DNA from: Candidatus Latescibacterota bacterium
GTDB lineage: Bacteria > Latescibacterota > UBA2968 > UBA8231
NCBI GenBank assembly: GCA_965248355.1
Contig: OZ252098.1
Coordinates: 3,680,001-3,744,000 of the forward strand
DNA: 64,000 nt
Direction: 5' to 3'
The notes beneath the pieces were generated by a model that did not search any database, was not told the DNA's origin, and saw only the letters and a list, made by a program, of their open reading frames with translations. The number at the start of each line of letters is the position of its first letter. The stretch's first letter is position 1. Both the position numbers and the translations under genes were made by a program. This document shows, piece by piece, positions 36,808 through 46,646 of this stretch.

Positions 36808-38490
36808 TCAGCGGGACGGCACGACGGGCAAGCGCAGCCGGCTCGGGCAGGCCCTGGAGTGGTGGACGGACTGCTGCGCCCGCCGCAGCCCCGCGTCCAT
36901 GCCGTAGGGGTGGCTTGTGTTGGGGTTGCGATCGAATCGGGGGAAGTTGCTCGACGAGACCTCCAGGCGGATCCGGTGTCCCCGCCGGAAAACGTTGGCC
37001 GTCACCCCGACCTCGATCCGGTACTCGTACACCTTTCCGGCCTCCAGCATGCTCGCCTGCTCCCGGCTCTCCCGGTAGCGGCCCCGCCGGATGCCGTCGC
37101 ACAGGTTCATGGCGTAGCCGCTGGGAGAGACATCGACGAGCTTGGCCGTGAAGTCGGTGTCCGGGCCGTCGGTGGCCGCGTAGAGCACGGCCTCCACCGG
37201 TCCGATCACCTCGAGGTCCTGCTCGAGGACCGGACTCGTGTAGACCAGCACGTCCCCCCGCATCTCCAGGGGCCGCTGATCGTGGGGCCCCCACGGCACG
37301 ATGTGGGGTGAGCAGCAGTTGTTGCCGCCCAGCGTCTGCACCGGGTGCTCGGGGTCGTAGACGAACCCGTCTGCCGGCTCGTCCCCCGGCGCCTCCCGGC
37401 CCAGCGCGCCGTCACCGAGGACCGAGTTGGCCCGGCCGCCGGAGTGCAGGTGCCAGTCCTGCCAGTCGGTGCGCGCCAGGGGCCACTCGTGCTCGGCCCG
37501 CCACTCGTTGACGCCCATGACGAACAGGCGCAGCGGCGGCTCCTCGGCGATGCCGTTGTCACGGCCCTTGAGCCAGTGGTCGAACCAGCGCAGCTCCTCC
37601 TGCTCCAGGTCCACCAGGGAGCTCTCGCCGAAGTCGATGTCGCCCGTGCGCGTGGAGGTGCTCAGCGAGTGGGGCCAGGGACCGACGATCAGCCGGCTGC
37701 GGCGGGCCTCCTCGGAGCCGCCGCCCAGCCGCAACCCGTTGAAGTTGGAGAAGGTCTGGTTCGCGTAGAGGTCGTACCACCCGCCCATGTTGAAGGCCGG
37801 CGCCTGGATGCTGTCCCACTTCGGCTCGTCGTCCATGGCCGCCCAGTAGTCGTCGTAGGCCGGATGGGTGATCCAGTCCTTCCAGAACGGCAGCCGCCGG
37901 CCGCCGGCCGAATCCATGTCGACCACCGGCAGCGAGCGGAAGGCCTCGGTCCAGTTGTGGAAGTCGATATCCTGTCCGGTGCGCGCGTGGGTGCGCATGC
38001 CCCAGGTCATGGCAACGTTCAGCTGCAGGGCCCCTCCGGGGTACAGCAGCCCCCCGTGGTAGTCGGTGCAGATCACCCGCGGCGCCATGCACCTGAGGAA
38101 CCGGCTGGCCAGCGGCGCCGGGCGCCACTGGGTGGTGCCCACGTAGGAGGCGCCGGCGGTGCCGATGCGGCCGTTGCACCAGGGCTGGGCGCCGATCCAC
38201 TCCTGGGTGTCGAAGCCGTCCTCGGCCTCGTTGAGGAATGGGTAGTACTCGCCATCGGAGTCCCAGCGGCCCCGGCAGTCGCCGATGACGCAGGCGTAGC
38301 CCGAGCCGGCCAGCCGCCGGCCCTTCTCGATCATGACCTCGATGCTGTTGCTGTACGGGGTCCGCATCAGCACGGCGGGCACCGCACCGGCATCGCGGGG
38401 CAGGTAGATGTCGGCCGACAGCTCGACCCCGTCGCGCATCGGCACCCTGACGTCGACCAGGCGGTCGACCCGGTAGGTGTGGCTGCTCAT
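36808..38490 (-). CDS. CocE/NonD-family hydrolase (peptidase S15)
   Basis: Motifs VPMRDGVEL, RTPY, DCRGR..SDG, GASY, GGWYD and GPWPH. Confidence 0.92.
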   Translation of the reverse strand: MSSHTYRVDRLVDVRVPMRDGVELSADIYLPRDAGAVPAVLMRTPYSNSIEVMIEKGRRLAGSGYACVIGDCRGRWDSDGEYYPFLNEAEDGFDTQEWIGAQPWCNGRIGTAGASYVGTTQWRPAPLASRFLRCMAPRVICTDYHGGLLYPGGALQLNVAMTWGMRTHARTGQDIDFHNWTEAFRSLPVVDMDSAGGRRLPFWKDWITHPAYDDYWAAMDDEPKWDSIQAPAFNMGGWYDLYANQTFSNFNGLRLGGGSEEARRSRLIVGPWPHSLSTSTRTGDIDFGESSLVDLEQEELRWFDHWLKGRDNGIAEEPPLRLFVMGVNEWRAEHEWPLARTDWQDWHLHSGGRANSVLGDGALGREAPGDEPADGFVYDPEHPVQTLGGNNCCSPHIVPWGPHDQRPLEMRGDVLVYTSPVLEQDLEVIGPVEAVLYAATDGPDTDFTAKLVDVSPSGYAMNLCDGIRRGRYRESREQASMLEAGKVYEYRIEVGVTANVFRRGHRIRLEVSSSNFPRFDRNPNTSHPYGMDAGLRRAQQSVHHSRACPSRLRLPVVPSR

Positions 38491-38590
38491 GGCCTTCTCT
38501 GCCCTTTCTGATCGTCGGGGTTCCGGGAGGAGGCGGCGTCAGATACTGCTTCGGCGGATTGCCCGTGCACGCCTTCCCCGCCGCGCCGCG

Positions 38591-39382
38591 TCACGTGGTC
38601 CACGAGGTGAGGCGCGGCATCAGGAGGCGCCCGCCTCGCGCCAGCGGCAGGCCCGCGAAGGCGCACCGGTTGTTCCACTCGTCGACGGCTTCCATCGTCT
38701 TGTACTCGTTGATGATGGCGTTGCGGCTGCGATCCGTGTAGTTGTGCCCGGCGCGGTGAACCGCGAGCACGTGAATAATGACCACGTCCCCGGCCTGGGC
38801 CCTGCACACCACCCGCCGGGACTCGTCCACATCCTCCTGGACCAGGGTCGACTGCCCCTCCGCCGTGGGCAGGGCCTGGCGATGGCTGCCCGGGATCGCC
38901 TCGGTGGCTCCGGCCTCGACATCGGTCGGATCGAGATAGGTGATGGCCGCGGCCAGTCCGGGCTCCGAGTGCCGCTCGTAGGGCCAGTCCTGGTGCCAGC
39001 CCTGCCCGGCCACGAACCCGGGGGGCTTGTTGCGCACCTTGCCGTTGTGGAAGTCCAGGTTGGGGCCCAGGCAGTCCACCAGCACCGAGACCACGCGCGG
39101 CTCCGTGAACTGGTCGAACCAGAAGTCCCCGGCCAGGGTCTGGTCCATCATTCCGACCACGTTCTTCGGGTTGAACCCGTCCGGCTCGTATCCCGGAGGC
39201 GGCTCCATGAAGGAATAGCTCATGTTCCCGGGCCGGCCCTCCGTGCGGGTCACCAGGTCGTGGTACTGCCGCCGGAGCTCCTCCAGCGACGCGCCCCGGT
39301 AGAATTCAGACAGGTGGAGATACCCGTTTTCCTCGAAGAACGTCTTCTGCTCGGGAGTCAGGATCTTCAGCTCATCCCTCAT
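38591..39382 (-). CDS. PhyH-family dioxygenase
   Basis: Motifs FFEENGY, WHQD, IPGSH and AGDVVIIH..VH. Confidence 0.9.
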   Translation of the reverse strand: MRDELKILTPEQKTFFEENGYLHLSEFYRGASLEELRRQYHDLVTRTEGRPGNMSYSFMEPPPGYEPDGFNPKNVVGMMDQTLAGDFWFDQFTEPRVVSVLVDCLGPNLDFHNGKVRNKPPGFVAGQGWHQDWPYERHSEPGLAAAITYLDPTDVEAGATEAIPGSHRQALPTAEGQSTLVQEDVDESRRVVCRAQAGDVVIIHVLAVHRAGHNYTDRSRNAIINEYKTMEAVDEWNNRCAFAGLPLARGGRLLMPRLTSWTT

Positions 39383-39397
39383 CTCAGCCCCCGAGCC

Positions 39398-40507
39398 CTA
39401 GGATCCGACTCGCTCGGTCCGGACCGTGTACCGCTCCAGCACCTCCCGGTCGATCTCGATGCCCAGACCCGGACCGGAAGGAACCGCCAGGGAGCCGTCC
39501 ACGACCTCGAACCGCTCCCTGGCCAGGTCGGTGCGCAGCGCGTTCTCCGTCATGTCGAACTCGAGGAGGCAGGGCTCCGGGAACAGACCGGGAGCATCGG
39601 GGATCGTGGCCTGCCAGTGCAGGGTGGCCGCCAGGCGAATGGAGGTGCCCCACATGTGAGGCAGTACCTGGACGCCGTGAGCCGAGGCCAGTGCTGCCAC
39701 TTGCCGGCAGACCGTAAACCCTCCTGCTATCGAAATATCGGGCTGGACGATATCAAGAGCCCGTTTCGTGACCAGATCACGGAAGGCACTCAGCCCCTCA
39801 AGGGCCTCTCCCCCGGCGATCCGCAGGCCGGAGGCGGCCCGGATCTCGCGGTAGGCCTCGACCTCCGTGGGCGGGACCGGCTCCTCGTACCAGTAGATGC
39901 TCTGCTCCGATATGCTCCGCATGGATTCGAGCGCTGTGCTCCGGTCGTAGGCACAGTTGGCGTCCACGGCCAGCAGCACGCCGGAGCCGATGGCCTGCCG
40001 CACCGCCGCCACCCTGGCGGCGTCGTTCCGGGGGCCGTGACCGATCTTCATCTTCACGGCGGGAAACCCGGCCTCGGCGTAACCGGCGGCCTCCGCCTCC
40101 AGCCCCATGACGGGATCGCTCTCCGAAAGCAGGAACAGGCCGCTGGCGTAGGCGGGCACCCGCTCGCGCACGGCCCCGCCGAGGAGTTGATGGCAGGGCC
40201 GCCCGACCGCCTTTCCCATCAGGTCGAAGAGGGCGATGTCCACGGCGCTGACCTGGGCCATGGAGGCGCCCGCCGCCGCCAGGTCCCGGCCGATAACGCC
40301 GGCGTCGAAGGGATCCCGCCCGATCAGCCAGTCGGCGAGCACGCCGGGCGAAGGAGCCCGCACCCCCTCTCCCCACCCCGTCAGGCCCTCATCCGTGATC
40401 ACCTCGACGACCCCCGCCGTCCTCGCGCGATTCCAGGTCGTGGAGTTGGCGAACTCCCGCTTCACCGGGTATCGCAGGTCGTAGGTATGGACGGTCTGGA
40501 TTCTCAC
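39398..40507 (-). CDS. Mandelate racemase/muconate lactonizing (enolase superfamily) enzyme
   Basis: Motifs GWGE, VDIALFDL, KMKIG, VDAN, YEEP, GGE, QPD and PH. Confidence 0.9.
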   Translation of the reverse strand: MRIQTVHTYDLRYPVKREFANSTTWNRARTAGVVEVITDEGLTGWGEGVRAPSPGVLADWLIGRDPFDAGVIGRDLAAAGASMAQVSAVDIALFDLMGKAVGRPCHQLLGGAVRERVPAYASGLFLLSESDPVMGLEAEAAGYAEAGFPAVKMKIGHGPRNDAARVAAVRQAIGSGVLLAVDANCAYDRSTALESMRSISEQSIYWYEEPVPPTEVEAYREIRAASGLRIAGGEALEGLSAFRDLVTKRALDIVQPDISIAGGFTVCRQVAALASAHGVQVLPHMWGTSIRLAATLHWQATIPDAPGLFPEPCLLEFDMTENALRTDLARERFEVVDGSLAVPSGPGLGIEIDREVLERYTVRTERVGS

Positions 40508-40802
40508 GCTCTTCTCTCGCGGGGATCCGGTGCCATTGGAGCACGATCCGACACCTGACCACACTGTCGGACGGCACCGCCTGGCCGGCTTCGCTTCCCT
40601 CAATTGGGGTAGTATAGCGCCATCGACGCAGCTGACCACCGCAGGGCCGGTGGTAGACACGAACCTTGGAATCAATCCGTGGTGTCCGGTGTCCAATAAG
40701 ACACTTGATGCGTTGTCACATCGTGGTGCCCGGTGTCATCAACTTCCTTACCTTGGGCGCCACCAGGGCTTGGCACTTGGTCCGTCCGTAATCTGGGAAT
40801 CC

Positions 40803-42185
40803 ATGTTCACCGCCCTCCTCCTGCGCGAGCTGCACTCCCACCTGCTCACCTACCGCTTCGCCCTGACGGCGGTGCTGCTGTCCGTCCTCGTCATCGGCTC
40901 GACGCTGGTCCTCGGCCTCAACTACGACCGCCGGCTCGACGCCTACTCCGAGGCCAAGGCGGCCCGCGAGCAGCGCCTGGAGGAGTCCGTGGACTTCCGA
41001 ACCCTGCGGTGGCGGGGGACCCAGCACGAGAAGCCGCCTAACGCCCTCTCCGTGTTCACCGTCGGCCTCGAGCGCGAGCTGTCCCGCTCGGTCACCATCT
41101 CCCGGAGGGAGTCCGAGCTCGGCCGCAGCAAGTTCGCCAACGCCTTGTACACCCTGTTTCCGCCGCCGGACCTGCTCTACATCGTCAACATCGTCGGCTC
41201 CCTTTTGGCCATGCTCTTCGCCTTCAACGCAATTTCCGGGGATCACGAGGAAGGTACCCTCCGGCTGGTCATGTCCAACGCCGTGGCGCGGCATACCGTG
41301 CTGCTGTCGAAATGGCTGGGGGGGTACCTCGCCCTGATGGCGCCATTCCTGGCTGCCGTCCTCCTCGGACTGCTGCTCGCCACCCTGCTCACCTCCTTCG
41401 AGCTCGGCGCCGGCGAATGGGCCGCCTTTGCCGGCATGCTCGGAGTGGCGGCCCTCTACCTGTCCCTGTTCTTCACCCTGGCTCTCGCCATCTCCGTGTA
41501 CACCCGGCGCTCCTCCACCTCGCTCGTAACCGGGTTCCTCGTCTGGGTTCTGCTCGTGCTCGCCGTGCCCAACGTCGCGCCCATCGTCGCAAGGGCCGCG
41601 GTCCCGATACCGTCGCCGGGCGCCATCGCCGGTGAGCGCGAGGCGATCCGTCGGGCCTCGTGGTCACAGTTGCGGGGCCGGGACTGGCGCGGCATGAGCC
41701 GCGAGCAGCGCGACGAGCTGCGCCGGCAGGCGGAGGCGGAGGCCGACGAGAAGACCGGCCGCCTGTTGGACGACTATGCCCGCCGTCTCGAGGGGCAGGT
41801 GGCGGCCGGCGTCGCCCTGGCCCGGATTTCGCCGTCCTCCAGCTACGTCTACGCCACCGCGTCGCTGGCCGGTGCGGGGCTCGAGGACTACGCCGGCCTG
41901 CGGACCTTCATCGACCGCTACCGGGACCGGAACCTCGAGGCCCTGGCCGCCATCGAGCGGGAGCGGCGTCTGCTCGCCGAGGGGGTTCAGGATCAGGAGG
42001 AGCGGAACGAGATCCTGGAGGCCCCTATCGATCCGGACGACCTTCCCGCCTTCGCGCCCCCCCGGCGGCCCCTCGTGGATGTACTGACCAGCAACTATGT
42101 CGACCTGCTGGTGCTGATCGTCCTCAACGGGGTCTTCTTCCTGGCCGCCTATGTCGGTTTCCTGCGGTTCGATCTCGTGGACTGA
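40803..42185 (+). CDS. ABC-2-type exporter permease subunit
   Basis: Multiple TM segments, with ISGDHEEGTLRLVMSNAV..LLSKWLG and LARISP. Confidence 0.85.
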   Translation: MFTALLLRELHSHLLTYRFALTAVLLSVLVIGSTLVLGLNYDRRLDAYSEAKAAREQRLEESVDFRTLRWRGTQHEKPPNALSVFTVGLERELSRSVTISRRESELGRSKFANALYTLFPPPDLLYIVNIVGSLLAMLFAFNAISGDHEEGTLRLVMSNAVARHTVLLSKWLGGYLALMAPFLAAVLLGLLLATLLTSFELGAGEWAAFAGMLGVAALYLSLFFTLALAISVYTRRSSTSLVTGFLVWVLLVLAVPNVAPIVARAAVPIPSPGAIAGEREAIRRASWSQLRGRDWRGMSREQRDELRRQAEAEADEKTGRLLDDYARRLEGQVAAGVALARISPSSSYVYATASLAGAGLEDYAGLRTFIDRYRDRNLEALAAIERERRLLAEGVQDQEERNEILEAPIDPDDLPAFAPPRRPLVDVLTSNYVDLLVLIVLNGVFFLAAYVGFLRFDLVD

Positions 42186-42194
42186 GCCGAAGCC

Positions 42195-43604
42195 GTGCTG
42201 CGCACCCTGATCGCCAAGGAGTGGCTCACAAGCCTGCTGGAGCTGCGGTTTCTCGTCTGTGCGGCCCTGTGCGTTCTGCTGGGCATCATCAGCGTCGTCG
42301 TCCTGCGGGCCGATCTGGAGGCGCGGCGCACCGAATTCAGCCGAAACCAGGCCCTGTACCGGAACCAGGCGGACGAGTACGGATCCTACCGCGACCTGCA
42401 GCGCCGGGGCGTGCGCGTCGACCGGCCGCCGCAGTCCTTCCAGGTCCTGTTCTACGGCGTGGAGAAGACCCTGGACCGCACCGCCGTGGTCTCGGAGGAC
42501 TACCTCCCCGGCTTCCAGGGCGACCTGAACGCGAACCCCGCCGTGCTGCTCTTTCCCGTGGCCGACATGCTCTTCGTCGTGGCCGTGGTCCTGAGCCTGC
42601 TCGCCTTCTTCATCTCCTACGACACCGTCGCCGGCGAGCGCGAGTCGGGGACCTTGAAGCTGGTCATGTCCTACCCGGTGCCGCGGGACCTCCTGATCCT
42701 GGCCAAGTGGCTGGGCGGCTACTTCAGCCTCGCCCTGCCCTTCCTGGCAGCGCTGCTCATCGGCGCCCTCCTGATCTCGATCTCCGAGGAGGTGCCCTTC
42801 ACGGCCACCGACTGGGAGGCCTTCGCCGTGACCGGCGCCGTCTCCCTGCTCCTGCTGGCGGTCATGTTCTCCATCGGCCTGCTGGTCTCGGTGCGGGCCC
42901 GTTCGTCGTCCACGGCCATCCTCAGCCTGGTGGCCCTGTGGGTGCTGCTGGCCCTGGTCGTCCCCAACCTCGGACCCTACCTGGCCGAACTGGCCGCCCC
43001 AGTGCCGGACGTGGGCTCGGTGGAGCGCGAGATCGGCCTGCGCACCGAGACTCTGTCGGCGGCTTTCCGCAGCCAGTGGCGGCGCGGCGGACGCTCCTTC
43101 CGCAGGATGATGGCAGCGGGGGAACTCACCGATTTCATCCGCAAGATGCGGGAACAGCGCAACCAGCTGCAGAAGGATGTCAACGAGGCCTCCGCGGAGA
43201 TCATCTCCGACTTCGAGGTCCGCCTGCGGCGTCAGACCGACATGGCCCGCGTGCTCACCCGCATCTCGCCGGTGGCCTGCTTCGTCTTCGCGAGCACCGA
43301 CATCGGGGCCACGGGGGTGCGTCACGAGGAGCGGCTGATCGGCGCCCTGCGCAACTACAAGCGGCAGTTCGCCCGCTATGTCGCCGAGCGGAGCCAGGGT
43401 TTCACGGTTGTCGGGACCGCCGCCGTGAACTTCGCCGGGGATGAGGAGTACGACATCGACGATCTGCCGGACTTCGTCTACCGCAGCGACGGCCTCCAGG
43501 AGCGACTCGATGCCCGCTTCGTCGACGTGCTGCTGCTGGCCCTGTTCGCCGTGGCTTTCTTCATGGCGGCCTTCGTGAGCTTTCTCAGAAGCGACGTGGA
43601 CTGA
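42195..43604 (+). CDS. ABC-2-type exporter permease subunit (paralog of the upstream gene)
   Basis: Multiple TM segments, with VAGERESGTLKLVMSYPV..ILAKWLGG and LTRISP. Confidence 0.85.
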   Translation: MLRTLIAKEWLTSLLELRFLVCAALCVLLGIISVVVLRADLEARRTEFSRNQALYRNQADEYGSYRDLQRRGVRVDRPPQSFQVLFYGVEKTLDRTAVVSEDYLPGFQGDLNANPAVLLFPVADMLFVVAVVLSLLAFFISYDTVAGERESGTLKLVMSYPVPRDLLILAKWLGGYFSLALPFLAALLIGALLISISEEVPFTATDWEAFAVTGAVSLLLLAVMFSIGLLVSVRARSSSTAILSLVALWVLLALVVPNLGPYLAELAAPVPDVGSVEREIGLRTETLSAAFRSQWRRGGRSFRRMMAAGELTDFIRKMREQRNQLQKDVNEASAEIISDFEVRLRRQTDMARVLTRISPVACFVFASTDIGATGVRHEERLIGALRNYKRQFARYVAERSQGFTVVGTAAVNFAGDEEYDIDDLPDFVYRSDGLQERLDARFVDVLLLALFAVAFFMAAFVSFLRSDVD

Positions 43605-43647
43605 CCGTCATCGGCGGCTCGGGGTCGGTCCATCGGGAAGGCCTGCC

Positions 43648-44211
43648 TCAACCGCCCGGAGAGAGCTCTCCGGGATCCCTCAGCAATCGGCCAAAGCGCT
43701 CCCGGAACTTGCCCACCTTGGGGCCCACCACCATCGCGCAGTAGGGCTGGGCCGGGTTGCGCCGGTAGTACCGGCGGTGGTAGTCCTCGGCCGGCCAGAA
43801 CCGCTCCAGGGGTTGGACCTCGGTGACGATGGGGTCGCCGAACACGCCCTCGTCCTCGAGATGGGCGATGACCTCCCTGGCCGCGGCCGCCTGCTCCTCG
43901 TCGTGGGTGAAGATGACGGAGCGGTACTGGGGACCAATGTCGTGGCCCTGGCGGTCCTTCGTGGTGGGGTCGTGGATGCCGAAGAAGACCTCGAGCACCC
44001 CTGGATAGCTGACGACGCCGGGATCGAAACGCAGCTGCACGACCTCGGCGTGGCCCGTCGTGCCGGAGCAGACGCTCTCGTAGCCCGGATCGGCAGTGCG
44101 TCCGCCGCTGTAACCAGATTCGACCGAGATGACGCCCCGCATCTGCTCGTACACCGCCTCCAGGCACCAGAAACAGCCTCCTCCCAGGGTCGCGAGGCCA
44201 AGCTCGTTCAT
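43648..44211 (-). CDS. msrA: Peptide-methionine (S)-S-oxide reductase
   Basis: Motifs GGGCFWC, TGHAEVV, HDPT, RQGHDIGPQYRS and AEDYH. Confidence 0.96.
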   Translation of the reverse strand: MNELGLATLGGGCFWCLEAVYEQMRGVISVESGYSGGRTADPGYESVCSGTTGHAEVVQLRFDPGVVSYPGVLEVFFGIHDPTTKDRQGHDIGPQYRSVIFTHDEEQAAAAREVIAHLEDEGVFGDPIVTEVQPLERFWPAEDYHRRYYRRNPAQPYCAMVVGPKVGKFRERFGRLLRDPGELSPGG

Positions 44212-44383
44212 CGTTTGAGTCCTCCGGCTCCGGTTGCCAGGGCCAGGGCCCCACGGATTCCCGGTGGTGAGGGACGGTCAGATCCAGTTCCGGCCCAGAA
44301 TCTGGCCTCTGGGGAAGGCCGCGCGCAATGGCACGACGACGGGGGGCTCCTATACTTGGGCCACCTTCCTCCGGAGAGAGACC

Positions 44384-45454
44384 ATGACCACCTGCCGTGT
44401 CGGCGTCATCGGCCTGGGCCGCATGGGGTCCACCATCGACGACGAGGGGCACTCGTCCCTGCCCTACTCCATCGCCGCCTCCGCCCGGGCCAGCAACCGG
44501 TTTGAGCTGGCCGCCGGCTGCGACCTGCGCGCCGAACGGCGGTCGGACTTCACCGAACGCTGGGGCGTGAAGGCCGTGTACGAAGACTTCCGCGAAATGG
44601 TCGGACAGGAAAAGCCGGACCTCGTAGCCGTGTGCACGACAGCCACTGGCCTGCAGAAACCAGGCAGAGAGACCCCGGACCCGTCGTTCCGGGGCGACTC
44701 GCATGCCGACCTGGCCGTGGCCCTGGCCGATCTGGCGGTGCCCATGCTCTATGTCGAAAAGGCCATGGCCTGCTCCATGAAGAGGGCCGACGACATCCGC
44801 GACGCCGTAAAGCGCAACGGCACGCTGTTCAACACCGGCGTGCTCCGCCGCTTCGACAACCGCTACGACGTGGTGCGCGACGCCGTTCTCGGAGGCCGTA
44901 TCGGCGAGCCCAAAGTCGTGGTCCACTACGCATCCTCGAGCCTGCTGCACGGGCACATCCATTCGATCGACACGGTCTCCTGGCTCATCGGCGACCCGGC
45001 GATCACCCACGTGCGGGGCGAGCTCGAGCCCCCGGACTACGTCATCGAGGACGGCCATGTGCCCTTCGACCCGCCGGCCACCTACCAGCTGCGGTTCGCC
45101 GGCGGTGTGGAGGCGTGGTCGGTCCCGGCCGGCCCCTGGGAGTTCGAGGTGCTCGGATCCGAGGGAACGGTGCGGTCGCTGGGCAACGGCGCCGGTGCGA
45201 GTCTGCGGCTCTCCACCGGAGGCCGTAGTTGGATCGAGGCGGAGCTGCCCGCCGTGGAACCGCGGAGCACGGTCATCGACTGCCTGGAGGATCTCCTCGA
45301 CGCCCACGAGCAAGGCCGGCCGACGCGGGGCCACATCGATGTCACACATCACATCACGGAAGCCTGCCTGGCCGTGGCCGAGTCCCATCGGCGCGGCGGA
45401 CGCTGGGTCGAGCTGCCGGGCGTCGACCGCGGTCTGTACGTCTTTCACGTCTGA
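44384..45454 (+). CDS. Gfo/Idh/MocA-family oxidoreductase
   Basis: Motifs VGVIGLGRMG, YVEKAMA and HIHSID. Confidence 0.88.
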   Translation: MTTCRVGVIGLGRMGSTIDDEGHSSLPYSIAASARASNRFELAAGCDLRAERRSDFTERWGVKAVYEDFREMVGQEKPDLVAVCTTATGLQKPGRETPDPSFRGDSHADLAVALADLAVPMLYVEKAMACSMKRADDIRDAVKRNGTLFNTGVLRRFDNRYDVVRDAVLGGRIGEPKVVVHYASSSLLHGHIHSIDTVSWLIGDPAITHVRGELEPPDYVIEDGHVPFDPPATYQLRFAGGVEAWSVPAGPWEFEVLGSEGTVRSLGNGAGASLRLSTGGRSWIEAELPAVEPRSTVIDCLEDLLDAHEQGRPTRGHIDVTHHITEACLAVAESHRRGGRWVELPGVDRGLYVFHV

Positions 45455-45475
45455 CCGAATCTCCGCCGGCGTCAC

Positions 45476-45510
45476 AAGAAAGCGGCCCCCACCTTCGAGG
45501 CAGGGGCCGC
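45476..45510 (-). terminator. Intrinsic terminator downstream of the sigma-factor gene
   Basis: GCGGCCCC...GGGGCCGC stem followed on the minus strand by TTTCTT. Confidence 0.6.
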
Positions 45511-45531
45511 CTGAACTTCGTCGAAGAACGC

Positions 45532-46383
45532 TCACTCTCCGAGGGAACGCAGCTCCTCGTGGCGGGAGGGGTGGCGCAGCTTGCCGAAGGCCCGCTCCTT
45601 GAGTTGGCGGATGCGCTCCCGCGTAAGCCCCATGCGATCGCCGATCTGCTCGAGGGTCATCGGCTCGGAGCCGTCGAGGCCGAAGTAGAGCTGGATGATC
45701 TCGTGCTCACGTTCGTCGAGACCTTCCAGGACCTTTTCCAGCTGCCTCTGGCTGGAGGATCGGGTGATGCACTCGTCGGGCTGCTCCTGGGCCGGGTCGG
45801 CCAATCGCTTGAGGAGGGTCGTATCCTCGTCCTCGTCGAACACGGCCCGATCGAGCGACACGGCGCGCCGGCCGCTCAACATGGTGTCGCGCACCTCCGA
45901 AATGGAGAGCTCGAGCGCCGCAGCGATCTCTTCGTCGTGGGGCTCGCCTTCGTTGGCGTTGCCGAGTTGCTGGGCCGTACGCGCGATCTTGCGAAGGAGG
46001 TTGAGGCGATTCAGCGGAAGACGTACGGTGCGACTGTCCTCGGCCAGCGCCTGCTGAATGGCCTGCCGGATCCACCACACCGCATAGGAGATGAACTTGT
46101 AGCCCCGGGTGGCGTCGAACCTGTCTACGGCCGTCATCAGTCCGAGGTTGCCGGCGCTGATCAGCTCCGAGAAGGACAACCCGCGGTTGCGATACTGCTT
46201 GGCTACGGTGACGACGAACAGGAGATTGGCCTCGGCGAGCTCTTCCCGAGCCCGCTCGTCGCCGGCGGCGATGCGCTCGGCCAATTCGGCCTCTTTCTCC
46301 CGGGACAGCGGCTGTGAACTTGCGATCTCATTGAAATACGTCTGCAGACTGACATCCTCGTCCGTCCAGCTTTCGTAATTCAC
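45532..46383 (-). CDS. RNA polymerase sigma factor, RpoD/SigA family, lacking region 1.1
   Basis: Motifs LQTYFNEI, ANLLFVVTVAKQY, GYKFISYAVWWIRQAI, TVRLP and TLEQIG..LTRERIRQL. GTG start with AAGGAG RBS. Confidence 0.92.
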   Translation of the reverse strand: MNYESWTDEDVSLQTYFNEIASSQPLSREKEAELAERIAAGDERAREELAEANLLFVVTVAKQYRNRGLSFSELISAGNLGLMTAVDRFDATRGYKFISYAVWWIRQAIQQALAEDSRTVRLPLNRLNLLRKIARTAQQLGNANEGEPHDEEIAAALELSISEVRDTMLSGRRAVSLDRAVFDEDEDTTLLKRLADPAQEQPDECITRSSSQRQLEKVLEGLDEREHEIIQLYFGLDGSEPMTLEQIGDRMGLTRERIRQLKERAFGKLRHPSRHEELRSLGE

Positions 46384-46623
46384 TTGGGCAATCACTCCTT
46401 GGCCGCGTGCCTTGGGGATGACTCCCCTTCTGAAGGTGCCTGGAAGAGGAACGGAGGAAACTGAAGGACCCGAGAAGGTAACGCTTTTTGTCGGCGTCGG
46501 CCACTGAAATTCCTGCATGGCGCCCTGTGCTTCCACCTCGCCCTCCATGAGAGAACCTGCGACGGCTTGAATCGCCCAAATACTGCGGCGAACCCCGAAA
46601 CGCCATCACTGGCGCCCCCTCTT

Positions 46624-46638
46624 TATACTATTGAAATA
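46624..46638 (+). repeat. AT-rich 15-mer; inverted copy at 47855-47869
   Basis: TATACTATTGAAATA here versus TATACTATCGAAACA on the minus strand at 47869-47855 (13/15 identity). Confidence 0.6.
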
Positions 46639-46646
46639 ACCGCTCT

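Noticed and set aside
31394..39382. Secondary-metabolite biosynthetic cluster built on PhyH oxygenases
   Set aside because: No scaffold-forming enzyme (NRPS, PKS, terpene synthase or RiPP precursor) is present, and the context is catabolic.
46384..46548. 55-aa N-terminal extension of the sigma factor (ORF start 46548)
   Set aside because: It does not resemble region 1.1. A good AAGGAG RBS precedes the GTG at 46383, and the stretch is better explained as 5' UTR.
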